Made by a program: the position numbers and the translations under genes
Assembly: GCA_040954595.2 (NCBI GenBank)
Contig: CM082591.2
Coordinates: 1,525,745 to 1,589,744, forward strand
Direction: 5' to 3'
Source of the DNA: Balanoglossus misakiensis
Taxonomy: Eukaryota > Animalia > Hemichordata
Length of the DNA stretch: 64,000 bases
The notes under the pieces: generated by a model
Database searches by the model: none
The model's input: the letters and a program-made list of their open reading frames with translations, nothing else
What the model was told of the DNA's origin: nothing
Shown: positions 37,787 to 49,890 of the stretch, in pieces
How the letters are laid out: each line of letters opens with the position of its first letter
How positions within the stretch are numbered: the first letter of the stretch is position 1

Positions 37787-40397
37787 ATGAGTGTTCCTGC
37801 GTTTATTGACGTCGGAGAAAGTGAGCAGGTAAGTGAAAAATGATTGATACACGCAACTTATCAAAACATGCCGTAATCCTAGCGGAACACTAAGATAACA
37901 CTCAGTGAGACATCGTTGAAAGGTCGCATATCCAGCGTGTTCCGAATCCAAGATGGCCGCCCCCGTAACCCATGTGAACATATGGACGAACAAAATGTTC
38001 ATTTCCTTTTCTTAGACTACAGAGCTACGAAGCTACCTGAAGTCATTAGGAGCGGAGATATCAGAGGAACTGTCCGAAGTAGGTGTCTGGCAAGATGTGT
38101 CACACATCATAGAAGCTTCAGATGTCATCTGGAAAAATGTGACAGATTTTGCAGGTAATGGAGAAATTACATTCAAGCAAGATTAGTCATGTTTATATGC
38201 CAATTTTTACCCCCCCCCCAAAAAAACAACAAAAAACAAAAAACAAACACACAACAACAACAACCCTTAATGATTGGATATGCTAAACATTCAATTGTGC
38301 GTTCTGTCTTAACTTGCAGAGGTTGAAGGCATCTTCAATAGTATTCTGTCACTCCTGTTGTATGTACCGGTGGAAAAGATGGACGACTTAGTCATCACCT
38401 TGTGCGAGAAAGTTTTAAAAGCAGATAATGAGGAGAAAGGAGAAATGGGAGCACTCAGATTAAAATTGTAAGTTGTGAACTTTCACCTCTGACCTTTGCA
38501 AAATAATGGTTACCCTGTCACATGAAATGACGTCATACTATTTTTCCCTCTGTATTCAGGTTGACCAATTTATTTCATGGCTTGGATGAGAAGAACCCTC
38601 TTCGTTACAATGTGTACATCAGTATGGTGAAGATCGCTGGGCAGACGAACATTGTGGAACAGGTTGAAACCGATCTTAGCACAGTAAGTTGGAATCATGA
38701 CAGTTACGAATATTATCATGGTAGGCTGTTGCCAATAGTGATGGAATCTATTGACATCCAATAATCTGTAGAAAGTAACATTTGTGATATCCTACTTTCT
38801 AAATTTAACTGTAATTTCTGTGCAAGGAAATTAGTAAGACCAATCTTTCTTTTGATTTCAGGTACGACAGTGGGTCATTACGTGGCAGTTAAGCACTGAG
38901 AAACATCAGCATTTATTGCGGTTACTCCATGATGTACTTCAAGAAACAGATAACAGGTAAAATATGAACAAAGCATGGATAAAAAGAGGGACAGGCAGAG
39001 GAAATTATGTATATAACAACAATTCTAGTCAGTTTCACTTATATACAAAGTTCACGTCTGTGTCAGTGTCTTGTGACAAATAAAAATTCACCAACCCTGC
39101 TTAGAGATCTGCCCTCTCCAAATCACCGTGGTACAACCCAAATCATGATTTGTTCATCTTGTTCGCAGTGAAGCAGCAACCAAAATAATGGTAGAACTTT
39201 TGGGAACATACACAGATGACAATGCATCACAAGCCAGGGACGATGCGCATAAATGTATCGTGACGTCATTACGAGATCCAAAGTGTTTTCTCCTGGACAA
39301 TCTACTTGCACTGAAACCTGTTAAATTCCTAGAAGGTGAACTTATACACGATGTAAGTACTACATTTCACTGTGCTGTATACTCTCATGGCTATACATTG
39401 TTTACAGTCAGACCTGTCACAGACTGGCTGTTTACAACAGTATACACAGCAATGTTGCCATATATGTGCACATAAAATGATGACATCATAGGTTTGTGTC
39501 ATCTTTGACTCAGATCTTACTTGTGGGTTGAAGCTTTTGGTCTCTTTGTATTCCTGGTAATTGTTACTTCCTGACAGGTGACCTGAAGTTTAGTCCTGTT
39601 TAAATTTTGTCTCTGTTCTCTTTTACAGCTTCTGACAGTCTTCGTGACGGGCAAATTTACAAACTATATGAGTTTTTATGAAAACAACATGGATTTCGTA
39701 AAATCTTTAGGTGAGTGACGTGTGTACACCCCAAGTACAACTTTGAACAAATTGCTAGAGAAATCGCCAACTTTTAAAATAATTACGATTGTGTATAATC
39801 CTTCATGAAACTGCTATATTTTCATTCCCACATACAGGTCTGTCACATGATGATAATATGCACAAGATGAGAATATTGACGCTAATGAGTATGGCCACGG
39901 AGAAGAAAGAAATGACCTTTGACACCATCGAACAGGAGTTGAATCTTTCCTCCACTGAAGTTGAAGGATTTGTGATCGATGGTGAGAAAACTTGACTTGT
40001 CACAGAGTCTTATAAATAAGAATTAAGTGGTGTCATGTGTGGGTTGAAGAAAACACTGGGGTCATTGTCTGAAAAGTATAATGATGTTGATGCTTTTGTC
40101 TTCGCAGCTGTAAGGAGTAAAATGCTTCAAGCAACTATTGATCAAATGCAGAGAAAAGTCATAGCATGGTAAGTGGGTCTTTAAGGATGTAATTTTGTTG
40201 TTAGTGAAAGTCAGAAGTCCCATGAACATCTGTTGATTTCTCTGATAAATTCTGTTTGTCTTTTCTTTTCCAGTTCTGCTACATATCGCACCTTCGGCCG
40301 TGCACAGTGGCAGCAGTTGAGAGATCGTCTGGAATCGTGGAGATACAACTTAAACCAAGTCAGAACCAGTCTAGAGACTGTCGGCCCATCATCATGA
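37787..40397 (+). CDS. EIF3M: Eukaryotic translation initiation factor 3 subunit M, 380 aa, 10 exons
   Basis: Exons 37787-37828, 38016-38154, 38320-38467, 38560-38683, 38862-38956, 39169-39352, 39629-39710, 39838-39981, 40108-40168, 40274-40397. N-terminus MSVPAFID; [25 protein letters not shown]; [16 protein letters not shown]; C-terminal [11 protein letters not shown]. Confidence 0.97.
37949..37960 (+). promoter_or_regulatory. YY1-like motif CAAGATGGCCGC in EIF3M intron 1
   Basis: Matches the AAGATGGC core; similar motifs overlap the CYB5R start codon and lie in IPO7 intron 1 (about 55304). Confidence 0.4.
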
Positions 40398-40797
40398 AGC
40401 GAGACAACACATGCATTGCCACGAGTCCAATGCTGTTGAATTCTACCTGCACGCCCCCATTCTATCTTCAATCTTAGTATAACCCTATTGTCTCCAGCAA
40501 TCAGACCATTCCATTAACAGTTTCAGGGGTGGGGTTATTTATCGTTTGCAACAGTACATGGCCTTTCATGTACTGCACATTAGTTACAATTTCACTTTTA
40601 TTACGCAAGAATGTGCTGATTTGTCAACAAGATCTTTTTTGGCTTGTCTCTTCTATCCAAGTGGAAACTTTACTGTCTTTTAACAAGGAAAACAGAACAA
40701 TAAAAATCATACAACAGCTGATCTTTTTCTTCTTGTATCGATTTCTTTTTGAGCAAGTATGGTAGAAGAGAATGTCTTGGAAGTTCAATAATCTTGA

Positions 40798-40905
40798 GGG
40801 AAGCTAGGGGTGCCACTGCTATTTTACTACGGAAGCTGGGGATGCATCTGATCTTCTTGGGGGACTTAGGGGTGCCACTTCTGTATTAGAAGAAGCTAAG
40901 GGTGC
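40798..40905 (+). repeat. Degenerate ~32-bp tandem repeat (gaagctaggggtgcc core) between the convergent EIF3M and bHLH-gene 3' ends
   Basis: Four imperfect copies. Confidence 0.6.
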
Positions 40906-41633
40906 TGTTCTGTCCACCCAATCCTCAAATCCCAACAATGTGCATTGAAATGAATGTAATTGCAAACAATGTTTTATTATGTAAATAAGGAAAGACAGGA
41001 CATTGAAATGAACAATTCCTCACTGCTAAACATAGACAAGACAAAATCAATTCAAAACTTGGTAAACTGTTCATAAATACATAAATATACGAGTTAATAA
41101 AAGTTTGTCAATCTAAATTCGATTGTTGACAGTTAAAAACCACCTCTTGGGCTGGTTATAAGATTAATAGAACTTTACAGTAAAATGCAATCTACATTGT
41201 CAACATTTTAAATAGCTGTGCATAATTTAAATAAATTTAAATAGAAAATTTCTGTTTAGTAATGCTAATAACTTTTCAAAGAACGTTTCTACTTCTAAAC
41301 TTTTTTTTCTTTCTTGTCATTAAGACAAGTGCATTACTGCTTGGGGTCTGACTTGCTTGACACTTGAGCAAATTTCGCTTTTATAACCATTACAACCTAT
41401 CTGCTAGAATACCGATAGTAATTCATATTTTCCTTTACGACTGAACAGCAAACTCTTGTCTTGGTTTGGAAACAACACAATGAAGAACATCTCACCTGAA
41501 ACCAAAAGATAGAAGAAAAACATATAGCAACTCAGATATGAAGACAACATAACGCCTTTTGAAATTTGCAAAACAATGTTATGAAATTGGCAAACCGACT
41601 GCTTCTAGTAATCTTCGTTTCACATGTACTTAC

Positions 41634-44600
41634 CTAGAAAAACAGCAAATCGGGTGATTGCTTTCCGTGACTTCGATACTTGAACCTCTGATTGGACAGT
41701 GATGGCCTGTTGTCAGGGATACCATCATCACAGATATCTGGTACAACTTGCAGATCATCCCATACGCTGTCCAATGACTGGTTTGAAACGTTAAACGTCG
41801 GCACAAGGTTCATATCGGAGTTTCCAGACAGCTGAGAATGGAAACAGCAAGAAAATATGACTAATTATTTCCTCATGTTAAAAAAGAGTGTATAGCTACC
41901 ACTGTTATGTATCAATCAAGTGGTTGATTTTTTTTTGTTCCAGCTACTGGAAAATAAACGTTACTGCAAACACATACATACCATTGGGGAATATCCTGCC
42001 TTTCTAAGTTTCAATCTCTCATCTTCTTCCACTTCTAAAACCATATCAACCACTGCATCATCCACGTAACTCATGATGTAATCCTCAATTATCTTAGAAT
42101 CTGAGAGCGTCTTCAAGGATTCTGCATCGTCATCCGTTTTCTGTTCCTTCTGCACAAGCACGTCTCCCTGCAGTTCGAATACCGGAAAGTTGGCCAATTC
42201 TGGCGGGAACTCGTATAGTTTATCTGGGCAGCAGAGTTGATCTGCATCTGTCTGGACAGTGGTGTCTTCAAGCGGAAGAAATTCATGGTTGCTGAGATTC
42301 ATCAATTCTTGTCTGTCATCATCAGCATCTGCTGCCATTGCTGGCAGAAAATCATCCTTTTCTAGTTTGATATCCTTGCCAAGGAGCAGCTTGACGGCAT
42401 CTCGGATGCCTTGTTGACCAACTGCATCTATTCCGGGCAGGATGTGGTCCCCTGCACCATCTGGTATGACAGGCTTGAAATCAGCCGTCTCTTTGGCAAC
42501 CTGTTCCGCAGCATCACCAGTTACCATGGCACCCTCAGCATTGAATTCTTGAAGCTTCTTATTATGGTCACCGTCCAAAGAGAAGACAGGTTTTTCTTCC
42601 AGAGGGTTATCCCACAGGCCAGGATTTGCACTGTCGATAACCGTGGATTCTTGAAAGATACTGAACTGCGGATCAAAGTCGCTGGTGAGTTCAGAGGATG
42701 GATGCGACTGGTAATCATCTGCGAACGAGTCCACGTCGTTCATGTGCTTCTCTGTTTGCTGTGACATTATATCAGATGGCAGACTCTCATCCAAATCCTT
42801 GCCCATCTCTTGCAACGTCTGAGCAGTCACAATGAGATGTAACTGCTGCTCATATTTCAGATCATTCCACATCTTAGCAATGGTTGTAGGGAAAGGCTCC
42901 TCAGTGATATCGCTGTCCGGAAGCAGTTTTTGCAACTGTTTCACAACTTGATTGTAGAATAGGGTGTAGCTGAGGAGTAAACAAACAACAATCTTGTCTT
43001 ATAATCTTATAAAACACAATCGCCTTTCAAACAGTAGAACAATGTCAATTGTATTTGAGGAATACAAGAAGCATTGTCTCACCCATTTATTTGTGCTTGT
43101 GACATGTGACACTGGACTGGAATAGGAACATCGTTCTGCTTGTTGGCACCATCTTGATCTTCATGTTTCTTGCTGCAAATTACAAGGATTGGAGGATAAA
43201 TATCCTGTATATAAAGTTAAACAGTGCTGGAAAAACAATTTGCATATGTATAACCTCACCTTTCATACAACGTTTCAGTTTCTAAATCAATGTCTTCGCA
43301 ATCATGATCCACAAGTTTCAATTTTGGAGTACTGGTCCGTAGAGGTCTGGTCTTCACTTTCTGAGCAGACTCAATCCGTCTGCGATGATATTCATTCAAC
43401 CTGAAGTCAGGATCCGTCCGCTGACTTGGACTAGAGTCGCATTTCTTACCGTGTCTCTTACTCGAATTGAAGGCACTGTACCTGGTGAGGGAAACAAAAA
43501 TATGTGATATGTGAGAGGCCATGGTAAATTAGATCTTGTGTATGACCAGCACTATGCAACAGAATCTCCAAACAAGAGAATATTTTAGATGAGTCAGCCC
43601 CCAGTTCCAACCATGCAGAAACACTATAATTTTTCCACTTACAATAAAACCAGAAAATACTTGAAAAATGTTTATTCTGAACGGACTTACGGTAAGACAG
43701 GACTTTCAACTTTTCCAATGATCGGGTTCCAGGGTCTAACCCTTGCTGCTGTGGCTCGCTTCTTGTACTGACATTTCACTTTTCTCCTCAATCCATCGTT
43801 TTCAACACTCCACTGATCACTGCTGTACACGTCCTTTCAGATGAATAATAATAATACATGTAATAATGTTGATTTCTTATATAGCACATTATATTCAAAT
43901 TCGAAATTAAACAAAATTAAAGATCAATAAATGAAAATTGAAATGATATAAAAATTCACCAATGAAACAAACAAAATCAAGTTCACCTCTGTGTCCTGTT
44001 CATTTGAAAGAATCCCATCATTATCGTCACTCTCATCAATATACATAAGTTTCCTCTTTCTTGATGTACTTCTGCTGCAACTCTCCGATCCAAGTCTGTC
44101 AGTGATTTCTCTTTCCTTATATCGACTCTCGTGCCCCGATTTCTCATGTTTCTTGTACAGGATTGGTTGGGATTTCTCTGGCTTCCCGGATAGATCTTTG
44201 ACAGGTGTTGCGAATGACATCTCTGGTACAAGACTGAAAATCACCAAACAAAACCTTGTAAAACATGTATGTGGTATTTTAAGACAGGTGCTTGGCTGGG
44301 ACACTCACACAGGACAAACAACGTATGTCCCATCATGTTAAAAATAAATGCACAAAAGTGATAATTTTTGTTCAACTTTGCATCTGTCACTGACCTGTCA
44401 CCTTCAGCTACCAGTGAAGAGGCAGGGTCCTCTCTACAACAGAGATCAGGGGTGCAAGTCCTCTCCATTTCAACGTCAAAGTAATCGTCCTGTAGTTTAG
44501 ACACTGTTTCTTCATTGCACAGAAGATTGAGCTCATCCGTCTGTTTGGTGACTGCCTACATCGCAGGCGAAAAAAAATATTTATTGATATTTTTAACCAA

Positions 44601-45913
44601 GTTTTCATTTTTTATATCAACTGCTTGTAATTATCTCTGATCAGCATTAGCAGAGTACAGTACTTGTCTGTGGCTATGTTACAGTAGATCTGTAGAGATC
44701 TTTGATTTTGACATAAAGCATTTAACTTTTGTTCTTCTGAATATTGCAAAAAATAACTGGATCCTGGTACCTGATCTGAGACAGAGATCATCTCTTCTTT
44801 GATGTAGTCAGACGGCGTTACTAGGAGACTATAGCTATCCGACTTTGTTGCCATGGTAATGTACTGAGTGTTAACCAGCCTTGGTTGAATTGTTGGCAGA
44901 TGTGTATCTTTGGGGATTTCACTGATGCAAATGTTGTGAGATGCCAGATCAGGAACTGTGTGAGCTTGTTCTGAAGATGCAGTTTTCTTTTTGCTTTTTC
45001 CAGAGGAGAAAAAAAAGTAAAATGGTGGATTTGTAACTTCACTGGTGGGAATCGTGCAGTTGTCCATCCATTACTTCATAAAACATTTACCATTTTTGTC
45101 TTCTTGAGGATGTACATACAGAAGTTTCCTACCTGTTGGTCTTTTTGATCCTGACATTTTCCCATTTCATTTTGTATTCCTCGCAGAATTCATCTTGCAA
45201 ACTCTCCAGCTTGGTATCACTGGAACTTTCTTCGAAAGAAACTTTTAACAAAAATAAAGAAATTAGGGCATATTCAAATGCTGCAAGTCAGAATATACAC
45301 ATCTACATATCCCGAGTTTTAAATCTAATCTTTTGACTTATCAAACGAAGTTGGTTTGGGTATAAGAAAAATTATATCTGCAGTACACTTTCCTGACATT
45401 CTTGAAGTTCAATATTAAAGAGAGATACCTTTTTCATCTGAGAGAAAAAGCACCAAATTTTCCAGATACTGTACGTATTGCACGGTACCATGTAACACCA
45501 TTTCCTGCATAGTAAAAAAAACATTCTTAGCTGATCTGACAAAATAAAAAATCTCACATGATTTATTAGTTTATACACTGACAGACTTCATGAAAGTATT
45601 CTTGATATCATTCATCCTGGCTGGCCAAAAACAGTGTAATATCAAATGTCACAGACCAGACAAGTGTAATGCAGTTTAACAACACTCCTACCTTAGAAAG
45701 TGGTTTTCTGGTTTGTACATTCACAGTTTTGGGAAGTCTGCTGCGGAGTTTATGATAACAATTAGCCAGATTAGCTCTACACTTTGCATCACTCTCTCTT
45801 CTTTTCTGAATCCGTAGTTTCTCAGCTTCCAAAGCCTTGGTGATCGCATCAATGCTGTGCTTTTGTTTATGACAATCAAATCTCTGTGATAATGAGCTTC
45901 CTATTCTCAGCAT
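41634..45913 (-). CDS. STRA8/MEIOSIN-like bHLH plus HMG-box-like protein, about 892 aa, 11 coding exons
   Basis: Exons (minus) 45913-45692, 45504-45429, 45241-45133, 44993-44771, 44555-44395, 44233-43987, 43833-43691, 43481-43260, 43172-43083, 42969-41982, 41831-41634 give one open frame (three acceptors are AAG, so those boundaries are less certain). bHLH: KRRESDAKCRANLANCYHKLRSRLP...KPLSK|EMVLHGTVQYVQYLE. HMG-like: QINGYTLFYNQV...TTIAKMWNDLKYEQQ. Long acidic C-terminus. Confidence 0.75.
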
Positions 45914-47554
45914 TTTGCTGAAAGATGAAAATGATCACTTTATATCAATATACTCCTATCCTGTCTGAAAACATGCCCATGTTTGATTTGAATACACACA
46001 TGGATTGCTATAAAGGTTAATATCATAAAAACATACCAATATTACATCACAGACTGGGAATAAAAATCGTACATCTTGCAGAGACAAAAATATAGAGCAT
46101 CTACCCAGCATGCAATTATGCAGGATTTCGTTTCCTTATATGGAGGATATATATTAGCTACACTGCACTTCGAGTAATTTGTTGCAAATTTCCCCGGGGT
46201 CTCAATCAAGACTTTTAAATCACAAATCCAGGGCAGCTGTTAAATTGCAACCGCAGTATCTGTACCGTCAAAAGGTATATATCTTTGCAACGTTTGTGTC
46301 GAGCTTTTACAGTCGCTTGACAGGAAACTTAACACAAAATACAAGGTGATGTGATTCACGTCAGTACTGTGGTTTCATAATAAAACTATGTTCAGCATAA
46401 CTGACGTGTAGTTCTTACAAAAAATATCTGCGACTACGAAAATTCGTATACAATACTACAAGTCAAATCCAGTCTCTGCTTGTCCAAAAGAAACAACAAA
46501 CCAGACTTCCAAAGGGCACACTATACATTATATGAAATCTCCCTTTTCAATTTTACTTCGGCTGAATGTGTATGAGAATATGCAGATTCTGAGGAAATTT
46601 GTAAAATGATTTGGTTCAACTGACTTTTGCGGCGCACACTGGACGCACGTACGTCCATGGTAAACGCGCCTTTTTGTGACTTGCTGTGGTCAAAATATGA
46701 GTCATGTCACAGTAAAGATATACAAAGCAACAGGGGTTCGTTAAAATGTTAAAACTTACATATATTCGCCTTAATTCACACTGGAAGACGTGCATTTAAC
46801 CTGTAAATCCCTTCTTCGACAGCAAAATTTCTCCAGTACGATTTGAATCTTACAAAGCACGCATGCTCATATTGTATGTAAATTATAGTGACGCAGTGAC
46901 TGACAATCTTGGTCAAATCATTCGATTCTGATTGGACCAAAAGTTTTACTAATTAGTATGCATATATCTTTCGTACGTGGGTACGCCCTCCTCTCTATGC
47001 ACGTACGCAAAGTACTGTTGGTGGCATATTGACTCGATAAAAAGCCAGATCACGCACAAAATAAATCTGCTATTTTCGCCTCACCCAGTGACATTTATTA
47101 AAGAGTTTGAAGCGTGGGCAGTCAACTGATTAACAATCACCGCAGACGACGTAAAGTGGTTCTTTCCGACCCTCACAGAATATAGTCCATGGGGCCCCGG
47201 GGGCAAGTGAATACAGACAAGCGATGATCTCCATGACGATGTGTCGCTGTCTGGTAAATGTCATCATTTGATCGACCACAATACTCACCACAAGCCCTAT
47301 ACACATCATCTATACACGAATGAGCAGTGGCCGTGTAACAGCTGCCATGGAATTCTATGACCACGTCACTTGTTCTGTCTTCCATAAAAAGTGACAGATG
47401 AATAAAAACTACAGATTATGCCATTTTATTTATAATCTCGTCTCTTTCAAACAGATGTCTCTATGCAGTCAAATCAAGTCAATTTTCACCGTGGATAAAA
47501 TATTCAGACATTCTATACGTTTCTAGGAAGGAATAGCTCTATGACATCCCAAAC

Positions 47555-47710
47555 TCAGTCAGTCAGGCAGTGAATCAATCACGGTCACTCACTCCACCGT
47601 GGAGTGACCGTGAATCAATCAATCAATCAATCAATCAATCAGTCAGTCTGTCTGTCTGTCTGTCTGTCTGTCAGTCAGTCAGTCTGTGTATCAGTCTGTC
47701 TGTCTGTCTG
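47555..47710 (+). repeat. Compound tetranucleotide microsatellite (CAGT/CAAT/CTGT)n with a small embedded hairpin
   Basis: Directly visible; cacggtcactc...gagtgaccgtg inverted repeat at about 47580-47612. Confidence 0.85.
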
Positions 47711-47838
47711 CCAACCATGTCACATCCCCGGATCATTTTTTATGACAAAGCCAAACTGTAAAACAAACGAGGTAAAATAAAATGACTTTATTTTTCCTTT
47801 CATCATTTCGGTATGTAACTGAAATCCATATAAGCTAA

Positions 47839-48604
47839 GGCTGCATTCACAAACACCTCTGGAGGGGGGGGCGGGAGAATTGAGGGGGGGGATTTGAAAA
47901 AATTGAGGGTATGTAAGGGGGGGGATTTGAAATAATTTAGGGACTGAAAGGGGGGGACTTGAAAACTTTGACGACTAAATATTTATTTTGAGTCCACAAA
48001 AATGCAGTTTCGCGCCCTTTATTTTACAAAATTTTCTAATGTGGGAGGGGGACACCCCCTCCCACACCCACCCCCTCCATTCATTGACACCTTTCAATCT
48101 TTGACTGGTTTATCTAGTGTCCCAGGTCTGGGGACTTGCCCCCACCCCATGATAACTTTGAGCGGCGACGTTAATTTGCTTTTGCTGGGTTCATTAAAAT
48201 GCAGCTTTGAGCTCTGTATTTTATACAATTTTCTTATGTGGGAGGGGGACACCCCCTCCCAAACCCACCCCCTTCAATTCTCGGTTTACAATGTCTCCCA
48301 ACACAGAATACACATTCTTAAAAATTAAAAACAATGTTCAGTTTTAATACCCACTGATGAGAGGAAACATCAATTTCAAATTATTTTCATGGGAGCGCTG
48401 TTTTTCTTTTTTACAAGATATTAGATAGATAGGTGATGTGTTTCGCTGTGTGAAAGAAAATGGGGGGGGATTTCAAATTTTTAGCAGTTCGGAAGGGGGG
48501 TATTTGAAAATATTTCGGGTTGTGTAGGGGGGCATGTGAAAATTAACGGTAAAAAAAATTGAATTCTCCCGCCCCCCCCTCCAGAGGTGTTTGTGAATGC
48601 AGCC
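47839..48604. mobile_element. 766-bp PIF/Harbinger-type MITE with perfect 43-bp TIRs and a TAA TSD
   Basis: GGCTGCATTCACAAACACCTCTGGAGGGGGGGGCGGGAGAATT at 47839-47881 and its exact reverse complement at 48562-48604; TAA at 47836-47838 and 48605-48607; no transposase ORF. Confidence 0.9.
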
Positions 48605-49890
48605 TAAAACCAGACATAAACCCTAAATCCTTTACCCTTATTTGCATTGCATGCATTATGGCGTTTATCCGGCCAACTGCATCAAATTCTCTGTTTTACG
48701 CCCGAAACACATACATAGGCCCTAGATATTCCAGCCTACTGTAGTTTTAAAAAACAAGAAGAACGCAAAACACATGCATCTATATGACCGCATGCGTAAT
48801 ACGGGACGCGAAACAGAGAATTCAATGACTATAGTTCACGTTACCCAGATTCCACAAGCCTATTACATAAAAAAACAAACACCAAATACTAAATGACATT
48901 ACAATCTTCGAATAAGTAGTTGTGGGCTCACAGGTAAACACACTTCTGTGTAAAACTGAAGCTAAAATACAAATTAAAAAGTTTCACTAATAAATTACTA
49001 AAAATTCACTATCATCTTAAACCCTAAACTGCCCTCTACAGACTGACTCGCTATTTCGACTTTATACAAATTTTTGCGGGTATTAATTTCTGGCACATCC
49101 ATGATGAGACAGAATTGTAGTTTTGTGCGAACTATCTGACGTCATCAATTACGTCACAAGTAAATCGGGAGACAAAATTTAGATTTTTCAAATCACTGAC
49201 AAATCACGCCCCTCGATAAAAGCGACTAGTAAAACATAAGCGGAATCGATACGATTTTTGTTGCCAGTTTTTGCCGATGCATTGAGATACCCACCTCTAG
49301 TAAAATATGTGAAACTGAGAGAAAATCACAAATCGTCATTGACTTTTTATATTAAAGATTACATAGTTGTTCGCCTGCAGTATGGACACCATAACGAATA
49401 TCCCAGAAAGTCATTATGTCGACCCCTCTTAGTTTGAAATGGTCTCACCCGTGATGTTTCCCTTTTCAAAGCTGTTGCCTTTTCAAAATTTTGTCATGAA
49501 TATTCATAACGTATCTATCAAGCAACGTGTCAAGTCTTATTTTTAATTCCACGCATTCTATGCGCTTTTAATTTACAGCGATGGTTGTAATTGCAACAGG
49601 TTCTGACTGAACACGTGGCAAAGGAGTAAAATGAATAAAAAATCAAATTGAGAAAATTAGGCAGTATGCAGAACAGATGTTTTGCAGCAAAGAGCAAACG
49701 GAACATGAAGATTAGGATTTATGAAATCAAAAGCCAAAATGTCCAACTTTTTTCTTTTTCTGTCGGCAGTTTTGTAGTATCAGAATAACAGAATGACAGA
49801 GATACTGGAAATACATGGACGAGTTTTATAATTAGTAATAAGAAAAAAATAACACACAAATTATTGCTTTTCTTCTTAAAAAGCGCTTCT

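Noticed and set aside
39477-39586. C/D snoRNA candidate in EIF3M intron 6 (ATGATGA ... CTGA)
   Set aside because: Weak terminal stem and no rRNA-complementary guide I could recognise; a snoscan or Infernal run would be needed.
45429-45437. Apparent 9-nt microexon ATGAAAAAG (minus)
   Set aside because: It is the 3' end of the 76-nt bHLH helix-2 exon, read in another frame.
47173-47385. 70-aa minus ORF with an internal gtgagt donor as an alternative first exon
   Set aside because: The phase-1 donor is incompatible with the 45917 acceptor frame, and there is no recognisable homology.
45920-47500. Retinoic-acid response element directly upstream of the STRA8/MEIOSIN-like gene
   Set aside because: I found no convincing DR2 or DR5 by eye, only isolated half-sites.
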